A DNA stretch of 64,000 nucleotides from Candidatus Krumholzibacteriota bacterium (GTDB taxonomy: Bacteria > Krumholzibacteriota > Krumholzibacteriia > JAJRXK01): the NCBI GenBank assembly GCA_963764625.1, contig CAVXTH010000006.1, positions 576,001 through 640,000 on the forward strand, written 5' to 3'. Below are positions 45,984-55,389 of this stretch, one piece after another. The number at the start of each line of letters is the position of its first letter. Position 1 is the stretch's first letter. The position numbers and the translations under genes were made by a program. A model generated the notes under the pieces. The model ran no database searches, was not told the origin of the DNA, and saw nothing but the letters and a program-made list of their open reading frames with translations.

Positions 45984-47099
45984 ATGGTTCGTCCACGCCT
46001 TCTTCATCTGCGGTTCGAACCGCGCTCCGTCGCCTCGACACATCCCCGAAAGCCGAACCCGGCCGCGCCCCGTCCCGCTTCGACAGACGAGTTTTCCCTG
46101 CGCCGTCTGCGGCCCTGGTCGCCTTCGCCCCGAATCGATGGAAGCGCGGCGGTTGCTTCGCTCGGTGCCTTTGCCACCGAGCCGGGTCTGCCAGGATCCT
46201 TCTTGAAATTCCTCGAGGACACAGCGCCCAAGGTGGAGCCCATCGGGCGTTGGGGAGTGCTGCTGGATCTCAGTGGTTGCGAACGGCTTCATCCCAATCG
46301 GGGAACCCTGCTGACGGAGATCAACCAGCAGCTGCCGCGGAACGGCTCACTCGGCATGGCAGCGGGAGAAGGAGCGACGCGAGTGGTCGCGCGTCTGGCC
46401 GCTGCGGTGGCGCCGCCAGGAAGTTGGTGGAGCGTGGAGCCGGCGGCGAGCGCGAGCTTCCTCGCGCCCTTCCCCCTGCAGTGTCTGAGGGACGAATACC
46501 CGCGCTGGGTCGAGGCTCTGAGCGATCTGGGTCTGTGCACTCTGGGCGATCTGGCCGCGATCCCCACGGACTTGCTCCAGCGGGCGCTGGGCGTGGGCGC
46601 GCGGGCCATTTGGGAGGACGCCAGGGGCGAAGGATCGCACACGGTGCATCGCCGGCTCGAACCACCGCTGCTCCGCGCGCGGCACCGCTTCGTGCTTCCT
46701 GAGAGCGAACCGGGCCTGGTCGCTTCGGCTCTGGGGGTTTTAGCAGATCGTCTAGCGGTCGAGCTCCAATCGCACCAACTGGTCGCAGGCCGGCTCCAGT
46801 TACGGATCGGTTTTCACGGAGGGGGACGGATGCAGCGCAGCATGACGCTGTCTTCGGCCTCTGACCGTCTCCACGACATCCGAGCTGCGGGCTGGACGCT
46901 GTGGAAAGAGGGAGCGCAGCGGCGGACCGCCGTCACCGGTTGCGAGCTTCGCGCCGAGTTGCTTCGCAAGCGCCCGGCCGAGAGCCTTTGCTTCGATTTC
47001 GCGAGAGCACGCGAGGACCTGGCCCCGGCCATCAACTCGATCCGGCAACGCTTCGGGTCGACGGCGATTCAGTGGTCACCCGAGCTCTGGATGGATTAG
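45984..47099 (+). CDS. Y-family DNA polymerase-like protein (DinB/ImuB-like), catalytic residues degenerate
   Basis: VEP...LLDLSG palm strand, ATRVVARLAA, LGLCTLGDLA thumb, little finger, C-terminal INSIRQRFG; catalytic D.D and SIDE motifs missing. Confidence 0.8.
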   Translation: MVRPRLLHLRFEPRSVASTHPRKPNPAAPRPASTDEFSLRRLRPWSPSPRIDGSAAVASLGAFATEPGLPGSFLKFLEDTAPKVEPIGRWGVLLDLSGCERLHPNRGTLLTEINQQLPRNGSLGMAAGEGATRVVARLAAAVAPPGSWWSVEPAASASFLAPFPLQCLRDEYPRWVEALSDLGLCTLGDLAAIPTDLLQRALGVGARAIWEDARGEGSHTVHRRLEPPLLRARHRFVLPESEPGLVASALGVLADRLAVELQSHQLVAGRLQLRIGFHGGGRMQRSMTLSSASDRLHDIRAAGWTLWKEGAQRRTAVTGCELRAELLRKRPAESLCFDFARAREDLAPAINSIRQRFGSTAIQWSPELWMD

Positions 47100-47186
47100 T
47101 TCCTGAGCTGCGGGATCGAAGTCCCAAGCTCGTCGTGAGAGGAGTGTGGTATCCTCAAAGCGGATTCGCACAGGAGACACTTCTAC

Positions 47187-48281
47187 ATGGCAACCCGGCG
47201 CCGCATCGTTCGTGCTTTCGCTCTTGGAGGAGCCAGCGTGATCGCGATGGTGATGCTCCTGGAGCTCGTGCTGCGGCTTTTTCTGGCGAGCCCATTCCAC
47301 ATGGTACGCGACGACCACCTCGGTTTGCGGGGACGCCCTGACGCGATCGTCATCCAGAGTCGAGAAGGCTATTCCAGAAATCGGTTGAACCACGAGGGAA
47401 TGGCGGACCACGAGCCCGATCCGAACGCGTCCGAGCGGATCCTCGTGGTCGGTGATTCCTACACCGAAGCTCTGAACGTTCCACTTCAGGAAAATCTCAC
47501 CTCGGTTGCCGAGTTCCTTTTGCCCGGGGCGGAAGTGATCAACGGCGGCGTATCGGGGCGCTCGCCGGTGCAGTCGGTGGCCGCGGCACGCGAATACGCC
47601 AAGCACGCTTCGCTCGATGCCATCGTCTTGCAGGTTTCCGAAGGTGATCCGGAGGAGATGTTTCGTCCTGACCGCCTCTTCCTCCAGCGTGACGAAGACG
47701 GACACTGGGAAGAAGTCATCCCACCAGGACTGACACGACACACGCCCTTGGGTCGACTGAAGTTATGGCTGATCTCGCACTCTTCCTTGGCAAACCTCGT
47801 GGTGCGGCGCATGGAATTGCTTCAAGTGCAGGAGCGACAGAGGCTGGCTCGGAAGTGGGCCCAGGAGGCGCCGGCATCCACTCCACCGCTCGCGGAGGAC
47901 GACGAGGTTCTGCTGAAAGCCGCTTCAGCGATGGACTTTCTGGTCGCCGAGCTACGTAAACTGAGTCCTCGAGTGATCCTTCTGGTGGTGCCCACCCTCG
48001 ACTACGAGACGCCGGGTCTTCCGCTCGTGCGGCCGGACCGGGTGGAGTTCTGGGATCGCTATGCGCGCTCGCGTGGGATTCCCCTCGTCGATCCGTCGGC
48101 GGCTCTGCGCGAGGATTTCTACCACACCGACATTCCGGGGAACGGCTTCCAGAACTCAGTGCTCGGGGAAGGGCACCTTAACCGCCGAGGTCACGCGGTG
48201 GTGGGGCATTGTCTCGCGGCGACCTTGAAGGAGGTCCTGGCGGCGTCCAACGGCAAGAAGAGTCACAGTCCGGCCGGCTGA
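47187..48281 (+). CDS. Membrane-anchored SGNH/GDSL hydrolase-like protein
   Basis: N-terminal TM (LLELVLR), VVGDSYTE block I, NGGVSG block II, EGHLNRRGH block V. Confidence 0.75.
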   Translation: MATRRRIVRAFALGGASVIAMVMLLELVLRLFLASPFHMVRDDHLGLRGRPDAIVIQSREGYSRNRLNHEGMADHEPDPNASERILVVGDSYTEALNVPLQENLTSVAEFLLPGAEVINGGVSGRSPVQSVAAAREYAKHASLDAIVLQVSEGDPEEMFRPDRLFLQRDEDGHWEEVIPPGLTRHTPLGRLKLWLISHSSLANLVVRRMELLQVQERQRLARKWAQEAPASTPPLAEDDEVLLKAASAMDFLVAELRKLSPRVILLVVPTLDYETPGLPLVRPDRVEFWDRYARSRGIPLVDPSAALREDFYHTDIPGNGFQNSVLGEGHLNRRGHAVVGHCLAATLKEVLAASNGKKSHSPAG

Positions 48282-48313
48282 CGCACTCAACCCGCCTTGT
48301 CCGCGGACCCTTC

Positions 48314-49318
48314 TTAGGAATTGCCCTCACGGAAGAGCTCGCGTTGCAGCGAGGAGGAGCCGGACGACTCCGCCGCGTTGTTCGTCTCTTTATCTTCGAA
48401 GGAAACGGGGCGAGGGTCGGTTGCTCCCGCGCGCTGGAGGTCCTTCTTGATCTCGGGGAATTCCTCCTCGAGCCACGAGGGAAATTCCGGCACGTCTTCA
48501 CCGAGCAGCGCTCGGATCTGCAGGGCGTTCACCACCGCCTGTCCCTGGAAGTGATTGTTGGTGATGATGTAGCTTTCGCGCGTTCGTGCTGACGGCGACT
48601 CGAGCGCTTCGATCCACGGCTTCAGCTCTTCGAGGCGGTAGCGGTAGTCGTAGCGCTGGTCCCGCCCGGCGCCGGACCGGAACCAGCTCTCGCGATTCCG
48701 GCCGTGCAAGCGAAGATAGAGAATCTCCTGGCTAGACTGGAGCACCGGAGGCAGACTGTTGCCGATCACCGGCTGATCGACGCTCACGACCGCGAGCCTG
48801 GAGTCGCCCCGGTGAACCCGTCCCTCCTCATCTCCCCAGCTTCCGTGGCGTAGCTCGAAGACCACCGGCCGCGATGCGAGGCGATCGGCGAGCTTGAGAA
48901 GGTACTCGAAGTGCTCCTCGGTCCGCCGGAAGGACCAGGGGAACTGGGCGAGGATCGGCCCGAGCCGCCCGCTCTCCTCCAGAGGCTTCAGAAAGTCCTC
49001 GAACTCCCGCAGCGCTCGCGGCGAAATCCGGGGGTCATCGTGGGTGAACGAGCGATGGAGTTTCACGCAGAACCTGAAGTCCTCTCGTTCCCGCACGCGA
49101 TGGACCCAGGACTGGGAAGTCCTTGGGCCCGGGATGCGGTAGAAGCTCGAATTGACCTCTAGTGTGGAGAAGAAGCGCGCGATCCACTGCAGGGGGTCGA
49201 AGCGCTTCGGGGGCTTGGGTGGATAGACACGGCCCTCCCAATCGGGGTAGCTCCAGCCGGCGGGGCCGATTCGGGGCCGAAATGGGGCCTTCAAAGCGGG
49301 TGGGGAAGCGTCTTTCAT
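48314..49318 (-). CDS. DUF72 domain protein
   Basis: GPAGWSYPDWEG.VYP, EVNSSFY, LAQFPWSF, ELRHGSW, YLRLHGRN, RYDYRY, NNHFQGQAVVNA. Confidence 0.9.
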   Translation of the reverse strand: MKDASPPALKAPFRPRIGPAGWSYPDWEGRVYPPKPPKRFDPLQWIARFFSTLEVNSSFYRIPGPRTSQSWVHRVREREDFRFCVKLHRSFTHDDPRISPRALREFEDFLKPLEESGRLGPILAQFPWSFRRTEEHFEYLLKLADRLASRPVVFELRHGSWGDEEGRVHRGDSRLAVVSVDQPVIGNSLPPVLQSSQEILYLRLHGRNRESWFRSGAGRDQRYDYRYRLEELKPWIEALESPSARTRESYIITNNHFQGQAVVNALQIRALLGEDVPEFPSWLEEEFPEIKKDLQRAGATDPRPVSFEDKETNNAAESSGSSSLQRELFREGNS

Positions 49319-49362
49319 GCTCTCAGTGTAGCGCAGAGCCGGTCCGAGGGCCGCCTGTGGCG

Positions 49363-49391
49363 TTGACGATCGGTGGAGCCGCTCCTACCAT
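49363..49391 (+). promoter_or_regulatory. Candidate sigma70 promoter for hsp20-lon
   Basis: TTGACG-N17-TACCAT, with GGAGC-C-GCTCC palindrome in the spacer. Confidence 0.55.
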
Positions 49392-49464
49392 CCGACGAAA
49401 GGGTCGAATCCGAGTTTCCGGTGCTTTTGGCGCCCAGCGAGGAACAACGCATTCCGGAGGAATC

Positions 49465-49920
49465 ATGCGCCTGACGGACACGCTCTCTTGCCGAGGCGGC
49501 GGTCGAATGGACGACGCCTTCGAGTTCTTTTTCGGCGCCAGCCGGGGACGATCGCACCCCTTCGGGATGCAGTCCGACCTGGGCTGGCATCCGGCCGCCG
49601 ACGTCTATGAAACGAAAGATGAATTCATCATTCAGATGGACCTGGCGGGCATGAAGCGCGACGAAATCGAGGTCCTCATCGAGGACGATTTCGTGCGAGT
49701 GCGTGGAGAGAGAACCAACATTGCTCCCGCGGGGAAGAAGCACTTCCACAAAATGGAAATTCAGATCGGACCCTTCGAGCGACACATCCAAGTCCCCGAC
49801 ACCGTGGACCTTTCAAGCGCGAGCGCATCGTACCGCTCCGGGTTTCTGTTCATTCGCCTGCGGCGAGGAAATCTGACGCCCTCGCCACCGCGTAGCATTC
49901 CCATCGAGCAGAAAGACTGA
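49465..49920 (+). CDS. Hsp20/alpha-crystallin small heat shock protein
   Basis: WHPAADVYET, DLAGM, VRGER, EIQIGPFERHIQVP, ASYRSGFLFIRL; GGAGG RBS before ATG 49465. Confidence 0.88.
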   Translation: MRLTDTLSCRGGGRMDDAFEFFFGASRGRSHPFGMQSDLGWHPAADVYETKDEFIIQMDLAGMKRDEIEVLIEDDFVRVRGERTNIAPAGKKHFHKMEIQIGPFERHIQVPDTVDLSSASASYRSGFLFIRLRRGNLTPSPPRSIPIEQKD

Positions 49921-49942
49921 CGACCGCCCCGGCCAAGGAGAC

Positions 49943-52327
49943 ATGGTGTCCACAGAGAAGCAGCAGCACCAACCGGAGATGTCCATGGAGCTCGGTCGAA
50001 TTCCGACGAGCATGGCCATACTGCCCATCAGTGAGGCCGTGGTGTTTCCGTACATGATGGTGCCCTTGGTTCTGTCCGATCCCAATCTCATTCGTCTCGC
50101 CGACGACGCGCTTGCCGACGCGAAAGTCCTGGGCACCTTCGCGCAGCTTCCGGCCAGGAACGAAGAAGAGGAGGAACCGCCGTTCGGCGAGGACATCTAC
50201 GAGGTCGGCACCGCGGTGGCGATCCAGAAGATGCTGCGCTTTCCCGACGGGAGCATGCGTCTCTTGGGGCAGGGCGTCGCGAGAATCCGCCGCAAACGCT
50301 ACAAATCGACCGAGCCGTATCTGGTCGCCGATGTCGAGGTGCTCGAGGAGCTTCCCGCCACCGATACGCGAACCATCGCCCTGATGCGGGGGGTTGCGAA
50401 CAACTTCATCAAGATCGTCGAATCGAGCGAAGCGCTGAGCGATGAGCTGAGAGTGGTCGCGATGAACATCGACGATCCGGGACGTCTCGCGGACATGGTT
50501 GCGACGAACCTGGAGATTTCCGTCGAAGAGAAGCAGGAGGCGCTGGAGATTCTTCATCCGCGGAAGCGGCTGGAGATGCTGAGCAAGGTCGTGCTGCGCG
50601 AGTTGGAGGTGGTGGAGCTCGGGGAACGCATCCAGAGCCGCGTGCGCAAGGCGATGGACAAGGACCAACGGGAGTACTACCTGAGGCAGCAGCTCAAGGC
50701 GATCCAACGTGAGCTGGGTGACGTCGATCAGAGTACGGTCGAACTGGACGAGTTGAGAGAGGCGATCGAGGAGGCCGCGCTGCCCGACTCCGTGCGGGAG
50801 GTCACGGTCAAGGAATTCGGACGGCTCGCGCGCATGAGTCCAGGTGCGAGCGAATACACAGTCTCGATGACCTACATCGATTGGATCCTCGATCTGCCGT
50901 GGCTGAAGTCCACCGAGGACAACCTGAATCTCAAGCGGGCGGAGAACATTCTCGAACGCGATCACTACGGGCTCCACGACGTGAAGGAACGCATCCTGGA
51001 GTTCCTCGCGGTCAAGAAGCTCAAGAGCGACATGCGCGGACCCATCCTCTGTCTCGTCGGCCCTCCGGGCGTTGGCAAGACGAGTCTGGGCAAGTCGATC
51101 GGCGAGGCGATCGGGAGGAATTTCTATCGCCTGAGCCTGGGAGGAATGCGAGACGAAGCCGAGATCCGCGGCCACCGGCGCACGTACGTGGGCGCAATGC
51201 CCGGTCGAATTCTGCACGGCATCAAGACCGCAGGATCGAGGAATCCTCTCATCATGCTCGACGAGATCGACAAGCTGGGCAGTGATTTTCGGGGCGATCC
51301 GGCCAGCGCGCTTCTCGAAGTGCTGGATCCAGCCCAGAACAACACCTTCACCGATCACTACCTCAATATGCCCTTCGATCTCTCTGACGTGCTTTTCATT
51401 TGCACCGCGAACATGTTGGACACCATCCCCAGGCCGCTTCTCGACCGTATGGAGATCATTCACATCGCGGGATACACGCGCCTCGAAAAGTTGGAGATCG
51501 CCAAGCGTTACTTAGTGCCGCGCCAGGTGACCGAGAACGGTCTCACGCGGGGCAAGATTCGCTTCACCGACGCGTCGATCACCCACATGATCACCGAGTA
51601 CACGGCCGAGGCGGGAGTTCGAAACTTGGAGAGGACGATCGGGAGCATTTGCCGCAAAGCCGCACGCGGTTTCGCGACGGGCAAACGCAAGCCGGTGAAC
51701 ATCTCGGTGAAGAACCTCGAAACCTATCTCGGAGTTGCCCACTTCGCCGAGGACGAGAGAAAGAGCCATCCGATGATCGGAGTCACGGCTGGCCTCGCCT
51801 GGACCTCGGTGGGAGGGCGGATTCTTTTCGTCGAGGCGGTGGAGATGCCGGGTAATGGAAATCTGCGGCTGACCGGACAACTGGGAAGCGTGATGCAGGA
51901 ATCGGCGCAGGCCGCATTGAGCTACATCCGCTCGCGCTACTCGAAGACCGAAGAGCAAGCGAAGTGGTTCAGCACTCATGACATCCACATCCATCTTCCT
52001 GCCGGGGCCGTTCCCAAGGACGGACCCAGCGCGGGGGTGGCAATCGCGACCTCGCTGATGAGCCTCTTCCGCAAGATCCCGGTTCACCACCGGGTTGCCA
52101 TGACGGGCGAAATCTCACTGACGGGGGAGGTGATGCCTATCGGTGGTCTCAGCGCCAAGATCCTCGCCGCCCATCGAGTGGGCATGCGGGAGGTCATCAT
52201 CCCGGCCGCGAACGAGAAGGACCTCGAGGACCTCCCTGAGGAGGTGACCGGGGCGATCGATTTCCACCCGGTCTCCTGGGTGGAAGAGGCTTGGAAAGTT
52301 GCCCTCACCCGAGACTTTCAGGAGTAG
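49943..52327 (+). CDS. lon: ATP-dependent Lon protease
   Basis: QREYYLRQQLKAI, GPPGVGKTS, GHRRTYVGAMPG, PKDGPSAG catalytic Ser, PIGGL..K. Confidence 0.97.
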   Translation: MVSTEKQQHQPEMSMELGRIPTSMAILPISEAVVFPYMMVPLVLSDPNLIRLADDALADAKVLGTFAQLPARNEEEEEPPFGEDIYEVGTAVAIQKMLRFPDGSMRLLGQGVARIRRKRYKSTEPYLVADVEVLEELPATDTRTIALMRGVANNFIKIVESSEALSDELRVVAMNIDDPGRLADMVATNLEISVEEKQEALEILHPRKRLEMLSKVVLRELEVVELGERIQSRVRKAMDKDQREYYLRQQLKAIQRELGDVDQSTVELDELREAIEEAALPDSVREVTVKEFGRLARMSPGASEYTVSMTYIDWILDLPWLKSTEDNLNLKRAENILERDHYGLHDVKERILEFLAVKKLKSDMRGPILCLVGPPGVGKTSLGKSIGEAIGRNFYRLSLGGMRDEAEIRGHRRTYVGAMPGRILHGIKTAGSRNPLIMLDEIDKLGSDFRGDPASALLEVLDPAQNNTFTDHYLNMPFDLSDVLFICTANMLDTIPRPLLDRMEIIHIAGYTRLEKLEIAKRYLVPRQVTENGLTRGKIRFTDASITHMITEYTAEAGVRNLERTIGSICRKAARGFATGKRKPVNISVKNLETYLGVAHFAEDERKSHPMIGVTAGLAWTSVGGRILFVEAVEMPGNGNLRLTGQLGSVMQESAQAALSYIRSRYSKTEEQAKWFSTHDIHIHLPAGAVPKDGPSAGVAIATSLMSLFRKIPVHHRVAMTGEISLTGEVMPIGGLSAKILAAHRVGMREVIIPAANEKDLEDLPEEVTGAIDFHPVSWVEEAWKVALTRDFQE

Positions 52328-52329
52328 AC

Positions 52330-53391
52330 GTGCCGCCTTCGTTTCTTTCGCGGGTTCTGGGGCGCCCCACCAACGGGGCGGTCGCTAGCAAAGACGCCTT
52401 CCGTCTGCCGGGCGCTCTGTTCGACGGCGTACGTGTGCTCCTCATCGACTCGGGCGATTACACCGATCTGCTCTTCGCCATGCCTCTGATCGAGGAGATC
52501 CACGACCGCTTTCCCAATTCGAAGGTGGGGCTCGTCAGCGACGACCGGGCCCATTATCTCGCCCTTTCGAGCGGTGCATTTCACGAATTGGTTGTGTATT
52601 CCCCCGAACAGTTGAACTTGAACTCGAAGGGCTTCGAAAACCTGGCCGAGGCGGTGCATGCCGAGCCCTGGGACGTGGCGATCCTCCTGGGCCGGGGACC
52701 CGATCAGGCGCGGGAGGAGTTGGCTCTGGCCAGCGGGGCCCAGCTCCGGGTAGGGGCGGCGCACGCGAAGAGCTACCCGCGGATCAACTGCGCGGTGCGC
52801 GCCACTCGCGAGGCCCACTACCCGTATCGGCGCACCGCGACCTGGGGCAAGCTCTTCGGCCTTCCCCTCGACCACGCGCCCCTGCACTGGCCGTTGCCGG
52901 ATTCCAAGGTACGCCAGGTCGCTCAACTGGTGCACTTCAACAAACCGCGCAAGGACGAGCTCCTCATCGGAGTCGATCCGGGGCAGGGCAAGGTAGGCAC
53001 TCTGTTGGGGGCGGAGAACCTGGCCTTTTTGGCCAACCATTTGGGGAAGCGAATTCGCTCCAAGACATTGGTGCTCTCGGCGGACGAGAACACCGAAAGA
53101 GTGGCCGAATTCAGCGCACTCCTCACTCTGGAGAAACTGGAGCTGCCCCGTCCCACGCTGCTGGAAACAGTACTCCTCTTGAGCCAGTGCGAGGTCCTGG
53201 TGGCCGGAAACACCGATCTATTCCATTTTGCCGTCGCCCTGGGAGTGCCCGCGCTTGGCCTCTTCACCTCGCGCGATGGAAAGCGTTGGCGTCCCGACGA
53301 GGGAGAGCGCGTGGAGATTCTCGAACTCGAAGATGGCGGAAATCTCGAACTCTCCACCGTGTCGACTTGCTTCGATCGTCTTATCGGATGA
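52330..53391 (+). CDS. Glycosyltransferase family 9-like protein (divergent)
   Basis: GT9 layout (DLLFAMPL...FP.S.V; AGNTDLFHFAVALGVPALGLF...W.P); conserved GD and DSG residues altered. Confidence 0.7.
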   Translation: MPPSFLSRVLGRPTNGAVASKDAFRLPGALFDGVRVLLIDSGDYTDLLFAMPLIEEIHDRFPNSKVGLVSDDRAHYLALSSGAFHELVVYSPEQLNLNSKGFENLAEAVHAEPWDVAILLGRGPDQAREELALASGAQLRVGAAHAKSYPRINCAVRATREAHYPYRRTATWGKLFGLPLDHAPLHWPLPDSKVRQVAQLVHFNKPRKDELLIGVDPGQGKVGTLLGAENLAFLANHLGKRIRSKTLVLSADENTERVAEFSALLTLEKLELPRPTLLETVLLLSQCEVLVAGNTDLFHFAVALGVPALGLFTSRDGKRWRPDEGERVEILELEDGGNLELSTVSTCFDRLIG

Positions 53392-53445
53392 TCGACCGAG
53401 TCGAAATCCTTCCGCCCGACTCTCAACGAAAGAATCGCCGCGAGT

Positions 53446-55389
53446 ATGCGTGACTGGCTCCGACTGCTGGGAATGTTGCGTTCCTATCGACGCCAGAGCG
53501 CCATGCTGGTCGTAAGCATTTTCTTGGCCTCGGTGCTTTCCACCGTCGGGATCACCTTCATCTCACCGCTCTTGCGAATCCTCTTCCTCGACCAACCGGC
53601 AACGCCTGCGGTGGAGATGGTCCACAGCGCCGGTCAAGAGGCAAACCCCAACGGTGCGGCGGTGCGGGAGGAGACGGCCAAGCCGAACCCGTCGAACGCG
53701 ATTCCGGTTCCCGAGAAACTCTCGCGTGCGCGGCACGGAATCCAGACCTGGGTCGAGAGTCATCTGTACAAAGGCGATCGGGGCGCGATGCTCTTGCGCG
53801 TCTCGGTGTTGCTCTTCTTGCTCTACCTGGCCAAGAATCTCTTCGCCTTCGCCCAGGGAGGTCTTACCGCCATCCTCGAGCAGAAAGTCATCTACGACAT
53901 TCGGCAGAACCTGTTCCAGGCCATCCAGAGCATGCCGTTGCGATACTTCTCCCAGGAGAGAACCGGCTATCTGATGAGTCGGGTGATCATCGACGTCGAT
54001 ATGATGCGCGGAGGGCTTGTGGGCTGCGCCTCGCAGATCCTGTCCAACACGATCATGGTCACTTTCGCCCTGGTGCTGGTGCTGTGGTGGAGCTGGCAAC
54101 TCTCCTTGGCCACTTTGATCATTGTTCCGCCCAACATCCTGCTCATGGGCTATCTCAGCAAGAAGATGCGCAAGGGAAGCCATCGGACGCAGGAATCGAT
54201 GGGAGCGCTCGCCACGGTCTTGCAGGAAACCATCGCGGGAATTCGCATCGTGAAAGCATTCACCATGGAAGCGGCGGAGAAGTTGCGCTACGGAAAGGAG
54301 AATCAGCGCTACTACAAGGCCTACACCAAGATGAAAGTGCTCGAGGCCCTCTCCTCGCCAGTGAGCGAGGTGTTGGGAATCGCCACCGCGGTCGTGATCC
54401 TCGCTTTCGGCGGTCACCTCGTTCTCGCCGGAAGGCTGCGCCCCGATCTTTTGGTGGCGTTTCTCGGCGTCATGCTCTGGGTCATCGGTCCCATCAAGAA
54501 CCTCATCAAGGTGAACAGCACCCTGCAGCAGAGCCTGGCTGCGGCCCGACGGGTGTTTCTCATTCTCGACTCGGAGAAAGAAGAGCTCAACGAGAACGGA
54601 CTTCGAGAGTTCGACGGCCCCCGCCAGGCGATCGTGTTCGACCAGGTCTCGTTCGACTATCGCAACGACGTGGCGGTGTTACGCGACATTTCGCTTACGA
54701 TTCCCGCGGGGAGCACGCTGGGAATCGTGGGACCCTCAGGAGCGGGCAAGTCGACCCTGGTCGATCTCATCCCACGCTTCTACCATCCCAGCGCGGGCCG
54801 GATCACTCTTGACGGCGTTAATCTGGAAGACATCTACCTTCCCACGCTGCGGTCGCTGGTGGGGGTGGTGACGCAAGAGGTCATCCTCTTCAACGATACC
54901 ATCTCTTCGAACATCTCCTACGGTTCCTCGAATGCCACCCGCGAGGCCATCATCGCGGCCGCGAAGGCCGCGAACGCGCATGATTTCATCAGCGAGTTTC
55001 CCGAGGGCTACGAGACGACCGTGGGGGAGAGAGGAACGCAGCTCTCCGGAGGCCAGAGGCAGCGGATCGCGATCGCGCGGGCGATCCTCCGCGACCCACC
55101 AATTCTCATCTTCGACGAAGCAACCAGTTCCCTGGACACCGAGAGCGAAAAGCTGGTGCAGGAAGCGATCGAGAGGTTGGTGGAGGGACGCACCACGATC
55201 GTGATCGCGCACCGTCTTTCGACCCTGGTGCGCGCCGACAGTATCGTGGTGCTGGAGGACGGCCGCATCGTGGAGGAGGGTGTGCACGAGAGTCTGCTCG
55301 AGCATCAGGGCGTCTACCGGAGGTTGTATGAGCTCCAGGACAGCGGGCGACCGACCAAGCCTGGCCCTTCTCCCGAACTGGCTGGGTGA
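53446..55389 (+). CDS. msbA: Lipid A/LPS ABC exporter MsbA-like
   Basis: ABC TM domain plus NBD: GPSGAGKST, LSGGQRQRIAIARA, DEATSSLD, IAHRLST; lies within the LPS cluster. Confidence 0.85.
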   Translation: MRDWLRLLGMLRSYRRQSAMLVVSIFLASVLSTVGITFISPLLRILFLDQPATPAVEMVHSAGQEANPNGAAVREETAKPNPSNAIPVPEKLSRARHGIQTWVESHLYKGDRGAMLLRVSVLLFLLYLAKNLFAFAQGGLTAILEQKVIYDIRQNLFQAIQSMPLRYFSQERTGYLMSRVIIDVDMMRGGLVGCASQILSNTIMVTFALVLVLWWSWQLSLATLIIVPPNILLMGYLSKKMRKGSHRTQESMGALATVLQETIAGIRIVKAFTMEAAEKLRYGKENQRYYKAYTKMKVLEALSSPVSEVLGIATAVVILAFGGHLVLAGRLRPDLLVAFLGVMLWVIGPIKNLIKVNSTLQQSLAAARRVFLILDSEKEELNENGLREFDGPRQAIVFDQVSFDYRNDVAVLRDISLTIPAGSTLGIVGPSGAGKSTLVDLIPRFYHPSAGRITLDGVNLEDIYLPTLRSLVGVVTQEVILFNDTISSNISYGSSNATREAIIAAAKAANAHDFISEFPEGYETTVGERGTQLSGGQRQRIAIARAILRDPPILIFDEATSSLDTESEKLVQEAIERLVEGRTTIVIAHRLSTLVRADSIVVLEDGRIVEEGVHESLLEHQGVYRRLYELQDSGRPTKPGPSPELAG

